Shown here in pieces: positions 23,915-36,300 of a stretch of 64,000 nt of DNA. The notes beneath the pieces are model-generated. The model saw only the letters and a list, made by a program, of their open reading frames with translations, did not search any database and was not told the origin of the DNA. Origin of the DNA: Vicugna vicugna. Lineage: Eukaryota. Where the stretch lies: contig MU057781.1 in the NCBI GenBank assembly GCA_013265495.1, positions 1,240,001-1,304,000 of the forward strand, in the 5' to 3' direction. Position numbers and translations under genes: made by a program. How positions within the stretch are numbered: position 1 is the first letter of the stretch; the number at the start of each line of letters is the position of its first letter.

Positions 23915-26323
23915 TTGCAACAGCCCCATGAGGCAGGGCCGCAGGGAGCGCCCAGGACAGCCGCCCCACATGTATGGGAGCAAAACCAGAAATGAGAGGC
24001 AGGTCACTGTTGGGGTGGCCACCACCCTCAGCAGCCCAGGACACACACTCAGACCACTGGGTGGTCACAGGCTGGGGGCTGGGGCCGGGGGCTGGGCACG
24101 GAAGAGCAGAGGGCCCTCCGGTCAGCTCTGACCCCACGGCCAGGGTGGACACTGTATCATTCTTTCTTCCAGGGATGAAGGGACAAGCGTGTTCACTCCA
24201 AGGGGCCGCTGCACAGCACAGCTGTCGGCTTCTGAGAGGTCCTGGGCCGGTCAGCAGCTGTGAGAACTGTGCCCCCGCCACGGGACGTGACATTTGGGGT
24301 CAGACCGTGAGAGGCCCGTCGGGCTGGGGTCTTGGCGCTGACGGAGGACCCACTGTAAACGTGGGCCGAGCAGGAGAGGGAGGGGCCCTCGAGCTCCGTC
24401 CCTCCCTGGAGCCCTGCCTGACGTGGAGGCCGTCCTAGCAGCCTGGCTCGGCGCTGGCCCCCAGCGCGTCTGTCTTCTGCGGGTTTGGAAGATGTGGGCG
24501 TCTGTCCTGCATTTTAGGGGTTTTATTCACCAGGCTGCTGGGCAGGGCCAGCTCCGCAGGTGCCCCCACCCTGTGCCTGCTCCCCGCTTGTTACTGAGTG
24601 AAACTCACCCGCACACAGTCTCCCGACCCCGGGTCGTGGTGAAGGAAAGTCGCCAGCCGTGTCGATGTCGGTGCCAGACAAGGAGTGGAGGCCGGGGTTC
24701 AAAAGGCCCAGACCCCCGGGCTCGCGGGGCAGGGCTCTACAGGCAAGGAGACGGGCCGGGGACGGGCAGTGTTCTTATCTCCGCTGCAGTTCTCACTGAG
24801 GCCCCCAGCCCAGACGTCACAGGTCTGCAGCCCAGAGCCCCGCAGAGAGCGAGCCCGTGGAGAACACGCAGACTGAGCCGCGATGCTACGTTCCCCAGAC
24901 AAGAGGGGGTGCCGCCCACCAGAGGGTGTCGGTGTCGCTGCTGACAAAGTGTTTACTGAGGTTCAGGGCAGGACGTCTTCCTAGTTAATTAAAGCAGCAT
25001 CTCACTGCAGTGGCTGTTCCCGGTTATGTAAGGAGTTCCGACTCCGACAGGGGATCCGGCCCAGGGCCAGGCACCGAGGGCCTCCTGGGCTTTGCGGGCG
25101 GGGTCCAGGCGGGGTCTGCACCTCGTGACGCTAAGGGGGCCCAAAGGGACAGACCCTGAGGAAAGGGCTCAGCCTCCCCTGCCTGTAAACACAGCCTCCC
25201 AGGACTGACCCCAGCGTCCCAGCTCCTCCCCAAGCCCGCAGGCCTGGCTGCCAGGGAGGCCCCGTCAGCTGAGACAAGTGTGTTCAGGCTCGCTTTTTGG
25301 AAAAATGCAGAAGAGAGGGTCCTGCCTTCCCTCAATTGTGCTAAACACTGAGTGTCCATCACCCCGAGGGGCCTCCCGGAACCACAAACTTGGAGATTCC
25401 ATGATCCTGTCTGACAGCAGGGAAACTGAGGCAGGAGAGGCCAAGCGCCTCCCGCTGCCCCAGGGCTGCAGATGGCCGGCAATTCTACCCATGAGCCAGA
25501 GGCCCCTCCTGCAGGGAAGGTCGGGAGCCGGGGCTCAGGGTTTGTACACAAGGCCAGAGCACGACTAGGGGTCCCAGACCCGCGGCCACCCACGCAGAGC
25601 CTGTCCGGACGGGCCGCAGCCTCCAGCCTGGGCGCGAGGAGCAGGGCAGGCTCTAACTCTGGGACCCTTCTTGTGTGTGCCAGGACAGGCAGCCCGGACT
25701 GAGGAGACCTCACATGCACGGGTCCCTCCAGGGCCAAGGGGTGGAGCTCGGGTGGCCCCGAGCTGGACAGTGACCCCCGTGTACTCCATGTCCACCCTAG
25801 GGGGTGGGCTCATCCTAGACCCTGTGACCCCAAGACCCCCGCCACGTGCCCACTCCCTGACCCCTGTGATCCTGCCCTCAACCAAGATGCCCACCCTCCT
25901 CACCCCGGTGTCCAGGCCCTCAGCCCCACAGTTCCCCAGGGGCCTCTCGCCAGTTTTTACCCTCCCAGAAGACCCAGACAGCTTGACCAGAGACGTTTGA
26001 GGTCTGAGCTGAGCCCATCCCGTCCCTGCCCTGCTGCCAAATGCTCTCTGAGTGAGCCACGCTTGCCGTTTCAGTGACTCCTCTGGGGCCAGCCGGGCAG
26101 CCCTCGCCTCCAAGGACGAGGACAACCCAGGAAAATGAGTTTGCTTCTGACAGGCCGCCCGGCTGCCTGCTGTCCTGGTAGAAACGACCCGGGGTCCCTT
26201 GGGACAGGAGCCCTCACGAGGGGCGCCCCCGTGCCGCGCCGTGAGCGGACCTACTGAGGTTAGCCCCAGGGCCCGTGTGCAGCGAGCCTCCAGTGAGTGC
26301 TCTGCTCCCACTGCACCCCACCC

Positions 26324-26418
26324 GCATGCATGCACATGCACTGGTGCACACACGCACATGTGCATGCACACACATGCATGCTCCCATGTGCACACACATG
26401 CATACCCTCACGCACACA
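26324..26418. repeat. Degenerate CA/CATG microsatellite
   Basis: gcatgcatgcacatgcactggtgcacacacgcacatgtgcatgcacacacatgc... Confidence 0.85.
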
Positions 26419-29400
26419 GCCCCTGCAGCTGTCTGAGCGCTTTGCCCCCAGCACCCACCCGGGAGCTGGGCTTCTCAGCTGACCCCACAGGGCAGCTCAC
26501 CCTGGAGTCTGCTCGTCCAGCTGCCAGGACCAGAGCACAGGCCGAGCAGGGGCGCAGGGAGGTTCCCCCAGGACTCTCGTAGGTGGGCTCGGCCTGCAGG
26601 GCCCTCTGCCCCCACGGAAGCCCAGACCAGTGATCTCATTTTCAATCCTGTGGTTTACGCAGGGTGGGTTTTTAATGGCAGGATTTTTCTTCTCTGAAAA
26701 AAATACCATTTTGCTTCTGTAAAATCTGTGTGGGGGCCCTGTGGTTTCTTTTTGTTCGGTGCAGTTTACTGAGCTACAAGTCTGGGGCTTCATTCTGACA
26801 GTTTAATGTCTAATGACAGCTGAGGCTGCCCCAGCAAGACGCTCTTTCTGAACATATGAAAAAAACACTTTTTTTTTTATAGATTTAGATAAAAGGTGAA
26901 GGCTGTTTTGAGTCTGAAACGCTTTCTTTTTCATGTGGTGTGACTGTGCACCGCACACCTGGGACCCTTCCTGCCCAGTCTAGGCCGTGGCCTTCCACGC
27001 CGCACGTGGACCCCTCCCGAGGCCGGCACCAGATTTGCCAAGGGTCCTCGGGCCCCTTCCCACCACGCTTCCGCCCTCCGTCCTGCTGGGTCCTGGGCTC
27101 GGAGACCGCGTGTCGGCCCCTCGTGGGGACAGGGGCTTCCTACTGCTGTGGGCTCGCGGCTCACCCCGGATCACACAGCCAGCAGCTGGAGGAACGGAAT
27201 CAGACGGCCCCTCCTGCTCCCTGCACTGGAAGGGGCTGTGGGCTCTGTGTACCTTGTGAGGCACCGCACGGGGGCGAGGGGTGGAGCCGGGCCCTGCCCA
27301 AGAGGACAGCAGCCCAGTGTCACCGGCCACCCAGTGGGGGTCAGAGCTGCTCTGAGGCCCGAGAATCCAGGGCTGGCTGCCCCCTCAGCCAGTCAGGCAC
27401 CAGGATGTGGACTCGCCTCCTGCCCATATGGGCAGCCTGCTGGCCCAGGTGCCTCAGACCCTTAGTAGAAGCCCCACCGTCCCTTCCTGTCACGTGTACA
27501 GAAGTCACCGTGGCCCAGATGGGACGAGGGGGTGTGTCCCTGGTAGCTGGGACTTGCAGACATCAGTGGCCGTGCAGTCCCAGGGACTGGGGAGGGCAGA
27601 GGGCCATCTTCCGGCGTCCGTGATAAGCTGGGGGTGGAACACCTCCACCTGGCAGTCCTCCCAGGGGGGCGTGTTTGACTCCCAGAAAGCCAACCAAAGC
27701 CCAGACTGGCCCCCGGGGAGCGGTGTGACCCAGACCACCTGAAGCTCGGGTCTGAACGTGGTCGTGCAGTGGGCCAGCTAGGACCCTCCACCAGCCTGGC
27801 CCCAGCAGCCCGCCTGGGAGGGACGGGGTGCGGGTGAGGGGCAAGCAGGAACGTGGACCAGGAGAAGGGCGGGTGGCGCTGGGGCTGCTTCCAGGTGGTC
27901 AGGGAGGCACGGGGCCTGGCCGAGGGGGCTCTGGAAGGGGCCGCGCCGAGTGTACGGCTGGGACATCTGGGAGACGCCTGCCCCTCCAGACGCAGAGGAC
28001 GGCCCCGGTGGGAGAGCCATTCCAGCCGCAGAGCAGGGGAGGGGCTCTGTCCCCATCGTCAGTCCCGAGAGGGCCTGGTGGCAGCCCGTCGTCTCCTCCA
28101 AGCCACGCTTCACGTCGTCCAGCCAGGTGCAGTCTATGACCCCATCAGCCGCGTCCACGCTACAACTCGGCCTCACACAGAAACGGTTCACGAGTGGAGC
28201 ATCAGGAGGCGCTTTGTCCTGACCCATCGCCCCGGGGAGGGGCGGCCCAGCTCTGGGGGCGACTCTGCGGGGGCACCGCCCCTCCCTCTGCAGAGCAGCC
28301 AGGGAGCCCACGGGGTCCATCTGGCTCTGTCCAGGCTGCCCCCTGAGACCCACCAGGAGAGGTCCTTTCCACTCTGAGCTCCTCTCCAAACTGACGTCTG
28401 TCACGCGCAGACGTGCACAGGGTCCCACTGGGCTCACACCAAGCTCCGTGGCCAGAGCAGCGCCTTGTCCCCTTGGGGTGCAGACACGCTCCCCACCCCG
28501 GCACCCGGACTGCACTGTCTTGTGAGTTAGGAACATGTATCGGTTAACTAAGTGTGTTTCTCTGGAGCTCTTCCAGAGGAGGGCCGGTGACTCTGGAAGC
28601 GTCTGGCTCACGTGTACTGAGCAGGTGTGGATGGACCTTCGGCCGCCCTCGGGATTCTGGCTGTGAGGACTGCAGCTGCAGGTGCCAAGGCTCAGGACAA
28701 AAATGGGCCCCTACAGAGTCAGGTTCTGAACCAGCACCTACAAACCCAGATGCTCACGTGCCACTGGAGCGACCTCGGGTTTCTGGCAGCTAAAATTGTC
28801 TTTACTCTGAGCTTGACAGTGACTTCCGCGAGCAATCCACCAGCCCGTCAGCCAGAGCTGGGGGTGGGGGAGCCTCCTCCCCCCGATTCCCCACCCGCAT
28901 CTGATCAAACAATCAGACGTCGTCAGAAGATTAGCTTGTCCTGCGTCGGACGACAGTTCATTTGGGAAGAATCTGCTGAAATTTTGTGCGGCTTGGGGGA
29001 AATGCACAGAGGCCGGCTGCCTCAGGGGCCACAGTGGGGGTTGGGGGCACGTGGAGATTTTAGGACGTGTCTCAGCCTCCGGCTTCTCCCCCAGCCAGAC
29101 GAGTCTGCGTGGGTGTACCGGCCTGGCCCCCACGTGGCCCCCGATCCCGCCGCGCAGACCTGAGAGGGAGCAGCGCCCTGTGGCTGGTCCCAACCTCACG
29201 GGCGGTGCCTGTGCTGCCCCCATGGGCTCCTCCAGGGCTTACGTGATGGCCCACGTTAGTGGCACGGGCCTGGCAGGCCGCTCAGCAAGCTGTCAAGCAC
29301 ACAGATCGGGTGAGTGCCAGCGTGACGGCCGCGGGAGGCGTCCTGAGCAAAGCCCCAGCAGCTGCGGCAGACGCGCCGAACACACGCTCTCGGGGAACGC

Positions 29401-32400
29401 CGGGCTGGCTCCAGGCCAGAGCACGGTCCCCTGAACAAATGAAATGCTTCCCGGGACAGGGTTTCTGGGGGCCATTCGGTGGTGCTCACCGCCAGGCTGA
29501 GCCGACCGGCTGGGCTGCAGGATGGTGTTGGTGTCCCTCCCCGCCCCCCGAGAAAGGCCTGCAGGAGGATCCCGAGCTGAGAAGCTGCCGCTCCCCTCCC
29601 CTGACCCCGGGTCGGGAGGGGCGGGGGTCTCGGAACGCAGGGCGGGGGGAGTCCAGGCTGCACAGCCCCCGATGCTGGGGGCCCAAGGCCTGGTGAATAA
29701 TTAAGTTTCTTAAATAAAACATAGGAAAGTCAGACCTGCAGACCAGCCTCACCCCTTTTTCTGCAGTGAAAACTGCGGAAAATACTGAGCTGGGCCCCCA
29801 GGCCCGGCTCACGGACAGAGGCCCCTCTCCAGCCTGGAGCCAGTGTTCCCTCGCCTCTGACACACGGGCCACAAGCCAGCCAGACCACCAGCCACGTGCC
29901 GGGCCTGAGCGTGAGACGCGGCTGCACAGGGAGACGCAGGGGGTGGTCTCCTGCAGCCTCTCAGGCGTATGCGGCCACACCCTCCCACGGTGAGGCTGGG
30001 CCGGGCCTGTGGCTGGAGTCTCCCCACGGATGTCAGAGATTCCTCGTCCCCACCCCATTTGTGTCACATCTGTGGTCTCTAATGTCCCAGTTCCAGTTCC
30101 AGAACCTGCGAGCATCCTTTGAGGCCACTGTCAGCTCCACACGTGGCCGCCCCGCTGATCAGAAGCCCCAGGGCCCCACACCCAAGTCGCTGGGGTGTCT
30201 GTAAGGTGCCGCCGTGGAGACCACATCCTCATGCCCCTCCAGTGACAGGCAGGCCGCGTGATGCTCGTGGAGGCCGCTGAAGGCCGGACTTTGGACCAAC
30301 GTGACTCTTCAGGAGGGATCCGGCCCCTCGCCCGGCCCCCAATCCCAGGGGCTGGATGTTCTGGTTAAAAATAAAACTTTAGAAGCCCGTCATCTGAGCC
30401 AGCGTCGAGAGCAGCACAATCGCCCAGAAACCCTGGGAGCTCTCGAATCGGAGCCGGTAAATGTCACTTCTTCGCTTTAAAGCCAAAGGTTTGCTGAAAC
30501 GCCTGCGGCTTCTGATGAAAGCCCAGGACATGCCGCCCCGTGTGAGGGACACAGGGCGGGGAGGCCGCATCCCTCATCACCGATGCCGCCTCCCGGGGTC
30601 TGCTCCACTGCCGCCCGAAGCCGCCAGAAAGCCCGCTGCCTCCGTGGGCTTCTAAGGCTGTGCGTCAGGACCACGTGACTGCGGCCCAGGCTGGGCTCTG
30701 CCGGGGAAGGAGGACCCGCGGTCGGGGACTCTGACAGAAAGAGGCGGGGACGGGAGGCCCGGCAGCCCAGGGGCGGCGCTAACTGAGCGGCTGGACCACT
30801 GACGGGGCAGTGCCCCCTCGCGCCCACGCTTCCCCTGCCGACCCGCCTGGGCTGACCCGTGCCATCCCCGGAGGCACGACCGTCTAAGGACGTGGGCGGG
30901 AGGCGCTCCTCTAGGTGAAGGGCCCATCGGCTCTGCTCCCCCGGCGTCTGGGGCACAGCTGGGTGTGGGTGCCCTCCTTCCTCGCCCGCTTCCTGGGCGT
31001 GAAGGGACTCGCCGGCTGCAGAAGACCCAGCGCCTGCTCTCCTGTGGGACGTTCCACCAGCAGGGCCTCAGGGAGCCCCGGGGCTCCGACGAGAGAGGAG
31101 GGCTGGGTGGGCCGGGATGGCAGAGAGCAGGAGGCAGCTCGCTAACCCAAGGGAGGCCTCCCTTCTGCGGGGAGGGATGGGAAGACTGGAGTGTGGGCCC
31201 CTGCTCAGGGCGCGGGTCGGGAGGCAGGCAGCCCAAGTCCACTTTGCCCAGAGGCGCAGCCCCGCGGGGCGGTCAGCAGCCTTGTCTGTCCTGCGATGCC
31301 TGTCTCCGGCATGCTCTGCTCCCAGCACCATCCGTCCCACACCTGGAGGGGACACTTTCCCTGAGGAATTCTGTGCCACCCCGTGCTCCCTCGGCGTGGA
31401 GAGCTGAGAAGTCCCCACGTGCATGGACACTCACCTGTGTATCCTATTACTGTGAGCCTCCGGCTAAGAGGATTTGGAGCTTGAGCGTTAATCCTTTCTA
31501 CTAATTTATAGCAATCCTGTAGCAGCTTCTAGAGCGCGTCGGTGGACGTGGAGTGAAGTGATTTCCAGTGTTCACCTTCCGTCAGCGTCCGTGTGTCCTT
31601 TCCTGGTGGGGTCTCCACTCAGACCCTCCTAACTCCGCCTGGAGAAAAACCGCACCCTCGTCCCCAGGACGGGCCCCCCTGCGAGCTGAGGGCACCTGTC
31701 CGGCAGAAGTCAGGTCACCCCACGCGCAGCTCCCTGACAGTGGGCGGGGGCGCTCCTGAGGCTGTGCGACGCCCCGACCTGGGGGCATCAGGCATGCACC
31801 TGCCCTTTCCGCTTGAGCCTCGATGGAGACTACAAAACAACAGAAACTCCTGCCGCCGTGTGGGACCGCTGTCTCTGCCCCAGACCAGCGGTCGCACCAG
31901 ACACGGGTGGAAACTCGGGGGTCAGGGCCTCGGCTGCCTGGGCCCCCGGGCTGGGCCCTGGTGTGTCCACAGCAGGCTGCACGCCCGAATGGTAGGGACC
32001 TGCTCCGTTGATCAGAATTTGGGCTCAAGGGTCTAGGCAGACCCTGGCGGAGGAGGAGGGGTCCACACCCAGGAGGGGCCAAGGAGCTGCGGGTGCAGGA
32101 CCACAAACGCGCCAGCCAGGGGAGGCTGCCTGGAGCTGGCGGGTGAGGGGGTCCTGTGGGCTGGACGGCCTGGCTGGGACGAAGAAGCGGCCCGGGTGGA
32201 GAGGGGACATCGCCTAGAAGGCTGGGGGCCGCCCGTCCTCCCAGCTCCTCCAGCGAACAGCCCCGAGGGGACAGCGGCTTCAGGAGGGTCTGGGGGTGGG
32301 GGCCCGCGGTGGGCAGGGGAGGACTCGCGGCCCAGGTCGGAGCACAAACCGGAGGCGCAGGAGAAGCGATCTCCAGACAGAGCCTCAGACCCTGGGTGGC

Positions 32401-33136
32401 CGCAGCCTCTCCACGCAGAGAGGGGAGACCCTCACAGAGGACGAGGGGGCGGTCATGGGGCCAAGGCAGAAGGGAAGAGACAGCGACCACAGGGGAAACC
32501 GCAGGGAAGCCTCTGAGACCGGAAGAAGCCAGGAGTGTGGCCGGTGGCGTGAAGAAGCCACCCAAGGTGGGACGAGGCCCCGGTCACCAGAGGAGGAGGA
32601 GGCGGAGCAAACAGAGAGGAGATGCCGGAATGGAAAATGGCCGAGACCGTCCTCAGGTCCCAGGTAACCCGGGGCGGGGGTCAACCACGGCGGGTCCCGC
32701 AGAGGCCTTGGGTTTCAGAGTCAGGACAGAACTTTCGAATCTCCAAGTACAAAGGTCAAGTCGCATGGAGGAAGGGAAATCCAGACTTTCCGTAACCAAC
32801 AGGCCACGGACACACCCTGGATGCCGAGGTCAGAGGGCGTTACCCCGGGCTGAGTCTCCAGGTAACGGGAAGACGGTGGAGGTGCCCAGGTGGTCACCCC
32901 CCAGAACCCCTCCGGAAAGCCCTGCAGTGACCGACTTGAGCCAACAAGCCGGACAGGGTTGCGGGTGGGGCTGAAGGGCTCAGGGGCCTTTACAGCCAAG
33001 GTGCGCCGCCAGTCCTGGGAGCCACAGTGACAGTAACGCACACACCGGGGCCGAGGAGGCACTTGGGGCCGTCAGTGCGCGGAAACACTGCGATGCCTTC
33101 AGCTCGGCCATTCTAACCACTAACGGCACGTGGCAT

Positions 33137-33256
33137 TTCTTCTTCAGCCTTGGCTGCTCGTTAAAATCACCCGGGAGCTTTTAAAGTGTCTGAGGGCACC
33201 TCAGGCCAGGTGAGTGAGGGTCCCTGAGGGTCCCCAGGGCTCCGTGTGCAGCCCGG
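33137..33256. mobile_element. MER5A/B-like hAT-Charlie fragment
   Basis: ccttggctgctcgttaaaatcacccgggagcttttaaa ... ccccagggctccgtgtgcagcc resembles the two ends of MER5A. Confidence 0.6.
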
Positions 33257-33429
33257 GGGGAGATCCGGGCTACGGGGGACCCTGGAAGCGTCTGTGACGG
33301 GAAGGAGACTTTGCTACATGTTCTGTTCCTCCAGGTTCACGTCAGTGGACTCTGGTCAAGGGCAAGTAGAATTAGTTGGGCGTGTTGTGTTAAAACACCA
33401 TGTACATATTTTCCCAGTTTTCAAGCATG

Positions 33430-33575
33430 ATTTCTGTCCTTCTAGCCATAAATACCCGCAAAGAGGCATCTGCATGGAGGGGCTGGATCTGGGTGCGTTT
33501 TTTCCTTTCTTGGTGGTTTTCTGTGCACCTTGGATTTTTCCTGCTTAGGAGAGTGTGTCATGCTTCACAAAAACA
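33430..33575 (+). mobile_element. Possible L1ME/MC 3' terminal remnant
   Basis: gggtgcgttttttcctttcttggtggttttctgtgcaccttggatttttcctgc...gtcatgcttcacaaaaa resembles old L1 3' ends. Confidence 0.4.
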
Positions 33576-36039
33576 GTTAGGTCATGACAGTTAAAAATAC
33601 AGGGAAGTGAGACAATCAAGTAAACGCAGAGCCCACGGCCTGTGGACAAACCTCCAGGGCCACGCGCGTCCTGGGGGCGAGGCTGGGCTGGGGGTCCTCC
33701 CTTCACCCCGGGCCCCCTGGACAGAGCAGCCCCCTCCTCCTCCACAGCGGGGAGGGGCCTGACACCCGCCTTTCCCTTCCAGGGGCTGCTTTTTTCACTG
33801 CTCAGATGAGAGGGTGACGTTTGTAAGGAGACGCACAGACAGCTGTCAGACGCTCGTGGTGGGCTCAGCGGCCGCAGGCAGATTTGCACTGAAGTGAACG
33901 CGTTAACTCAACGAGCCTTGAAGTTTGCTGTAAGGACAGCCAACCAACGCCAAGAAGGAGGCTTTAAAATTATTTGGCATATAAATTTTTAACAGACTAA
34001 ACATGTTTTTTTGTGTAGAGAGAACTTATTGTTTTAAGAAACGCATTAATGTTTAATATTTATGGAGGGGAGGCGCGAGCTCTCTTGTACCCAGTCTAAG
34101 GGAAATTTAAAATTTGAGAGTTTCAATCAAGCTGATGAAAGTTTAATCGATTTAGTCGCAAGTAAATGCAGTTTCAAACTATTTCAGGAAAACCTTTTAT
34201 GATAAACTTTCCATTTCTGCCAACATATAACATTTAAAATTATATTTAGGATAGAGCGACGGTGTTACGCCGTGGAGTTTCATCGGCAGGGCCCGCTCCA
34301 AAAGTGGGGGAAAGTAAGGAGGAAAAACTTGCAGTAACTCGAGCTAAGAGAGGGCGTCTTCTTTTTCCAAGAAGGGTCTCAAATCCTCAGGTCAAAGCAG
34401 ATTCCAGACGGAAGGAAGAGACACGAGCTGAGCACCTCGTGCCGGGAGTACCGACCCACCGTCTGGGGCAGTGGGAGCCCCCCCGCGATTTCAGGCAGAT
34501 TAGCGTGTTTCCTGCGTGGGGGGTTTTCACCGGCACCCCGCCGTGCAGCGACCCAGGCGCGTGGGGCCGCCCGCTCTCCGCACACGGGCTCCGCACGGGC
34601 CAGAGTTTGCCTGAGACGGAGACGCCTAGCACGCCCTTCGCAGCATCGTCATAGCTGGTGAGGCCCCGCGGTGCAGGCAGCCCCGGCCCAGAGCGCCAGG
34701 CTGGGTCCTCCCTCAGCCAGGAACCAACCACTTCCAAGGGAACCTCGGCCCAAGTCTTCACAGCAGCGTTTGGATTAAGAATCCCCTGTGGGACGCCCGG
34801 GTCTACGAAAGCCCTTTAGGGGGAAATTAGAAGGCAGCTGGCATACCCTGAGAGGAGTCTCTCCTTTCCTGAGGTAAAGAGCCGTGATGCTGGCGACCCG
34901 GCTGGTCACCACGAGGCGTCAGGAGCGCCGCTCTTCCAGGCCCCCGAGGCGTGTCCCAGAGGCCTTCGCGGTCACGTGGCCCCTGGATTCCGGGCCCCTG
35001 AGCTGTGCCGGGTGTCTGCGGAGCCCTGGGGGAGCAGCCAAGCGGGTGGCAGAGCCCTGGGCCCCCGGCGGGCGGCCCTGCCTGGGTGGGAAGGGAGGAG
35101 CCTTCCCCGGTTATTCAAGGCCGACCGTGCCAGGTGACGGGAGGACGCAGAGACTGGCTTCGTGGACCTGCGCGCTGGGGGTCCCGCACAGACTTGGGGG
35201 GCGTGGAGAGGAGGTCATGCTGAGGGCCGGGTCCTGGGCTCTAGGCTCCACGGACTCCGCCTGCCGGGTGAACGCAACTCGTGCCCCCACGGGCTGCACC
35301 CCGGGCGCAGCGATAAAGCTTTGTGACTGGCACGGAGCACTGACCTTTCAGCACGCGTGTTAATTCAGCGTGATGTTACCCTCAGAGGAGTGCTATTTGG
35401 CGCCAAACATAAGAGAAATGAACCCCCAGTTAGAATGAGGTGTCCTCTCACTCATCCTCCGCTGCTGTGAGTCACCCCACTTGCTCCTCTCAGAAAGGCC
35501 GGGACGGCCAGCCCACCAGAGGCCCGCACCCACACCGCCTCTCAAGGCGGAGCCCACACTTCCGGTTCCCCAGAGAGGGGCCTTGTTTCTCACCTCACTC
35601 CCTTCTCTCGGGTCCCCCAAGCTGCGCTCCAGAGAGGTGAGGAGAGAGACTTCGTCCCTTCTCCAGCCGCTTCTCGCCTGGCCCTTCCACCAGGTGGGAT
35701 TTCCATGGGGCACCGTGGCTGCAGCATCGGCCATGCCCTCCGCCTCCTCCTCGTCCACCTCACTCCTGCGTTCGGAGCTGTGGGTCCAGGACTGGAGAGT
35801 GTGGTGGACTGAATGGTGGTATGAATGAAAAACATTGCAGCCACATCAGTAAACAAAGGCCACTGTGGCCATCGGGTCATCAGCCGCTGCCCCCACCCCG
35901 ACAGTGAGCGGAGGGGGCTCAGGATGGAGACCAGCAGGCAGCCCGGCCTCCGCGGCCGCCCCCAGCAGTGCCCCCGAGGGGACGCAGGACGGGAAAGCAC
36001 ACGACACCGGCCCCGGCACCGGCAGCTCCGGTGCCCATC

Positions 36040-36300
36040 AGAGGAGTGATTTCAGGGAGCCCAGACCTTTGCGCCCTCCCGTACATAGCAAAGCGCTAAG
36101 TTCCTCACCTGGACACGTCTGGGCTTCTTCGTTAACAGTCATCTTTAATGTTCCGAGTGCCTGGTCTTTGTTGTAAAAACCCCCATGAGTCCTGGCTCCT
36201 CCCGGCCTCTTAGAAGCCGTCTCTTGGGGCGATCTGAGAGGCCGCGCCTGGGTTCCAGTCCTCAGGAAGTCCGCCGAATAAAACGTAACAAGCCGCCTCC
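36040..36300 (+). mobile_element. Probable ERV1-type solo LTR fragment
   Basis: TATA-like ttgtaaaaac followed by gcgatctgagaggccgcgcctgggttccagtcctcaggaagtccgccgAATAAAacgtaac (AATAAA at 36277-36282), a typical LTR R-region arrangement. Boundaries are uncertain. Confidence 0.5.
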
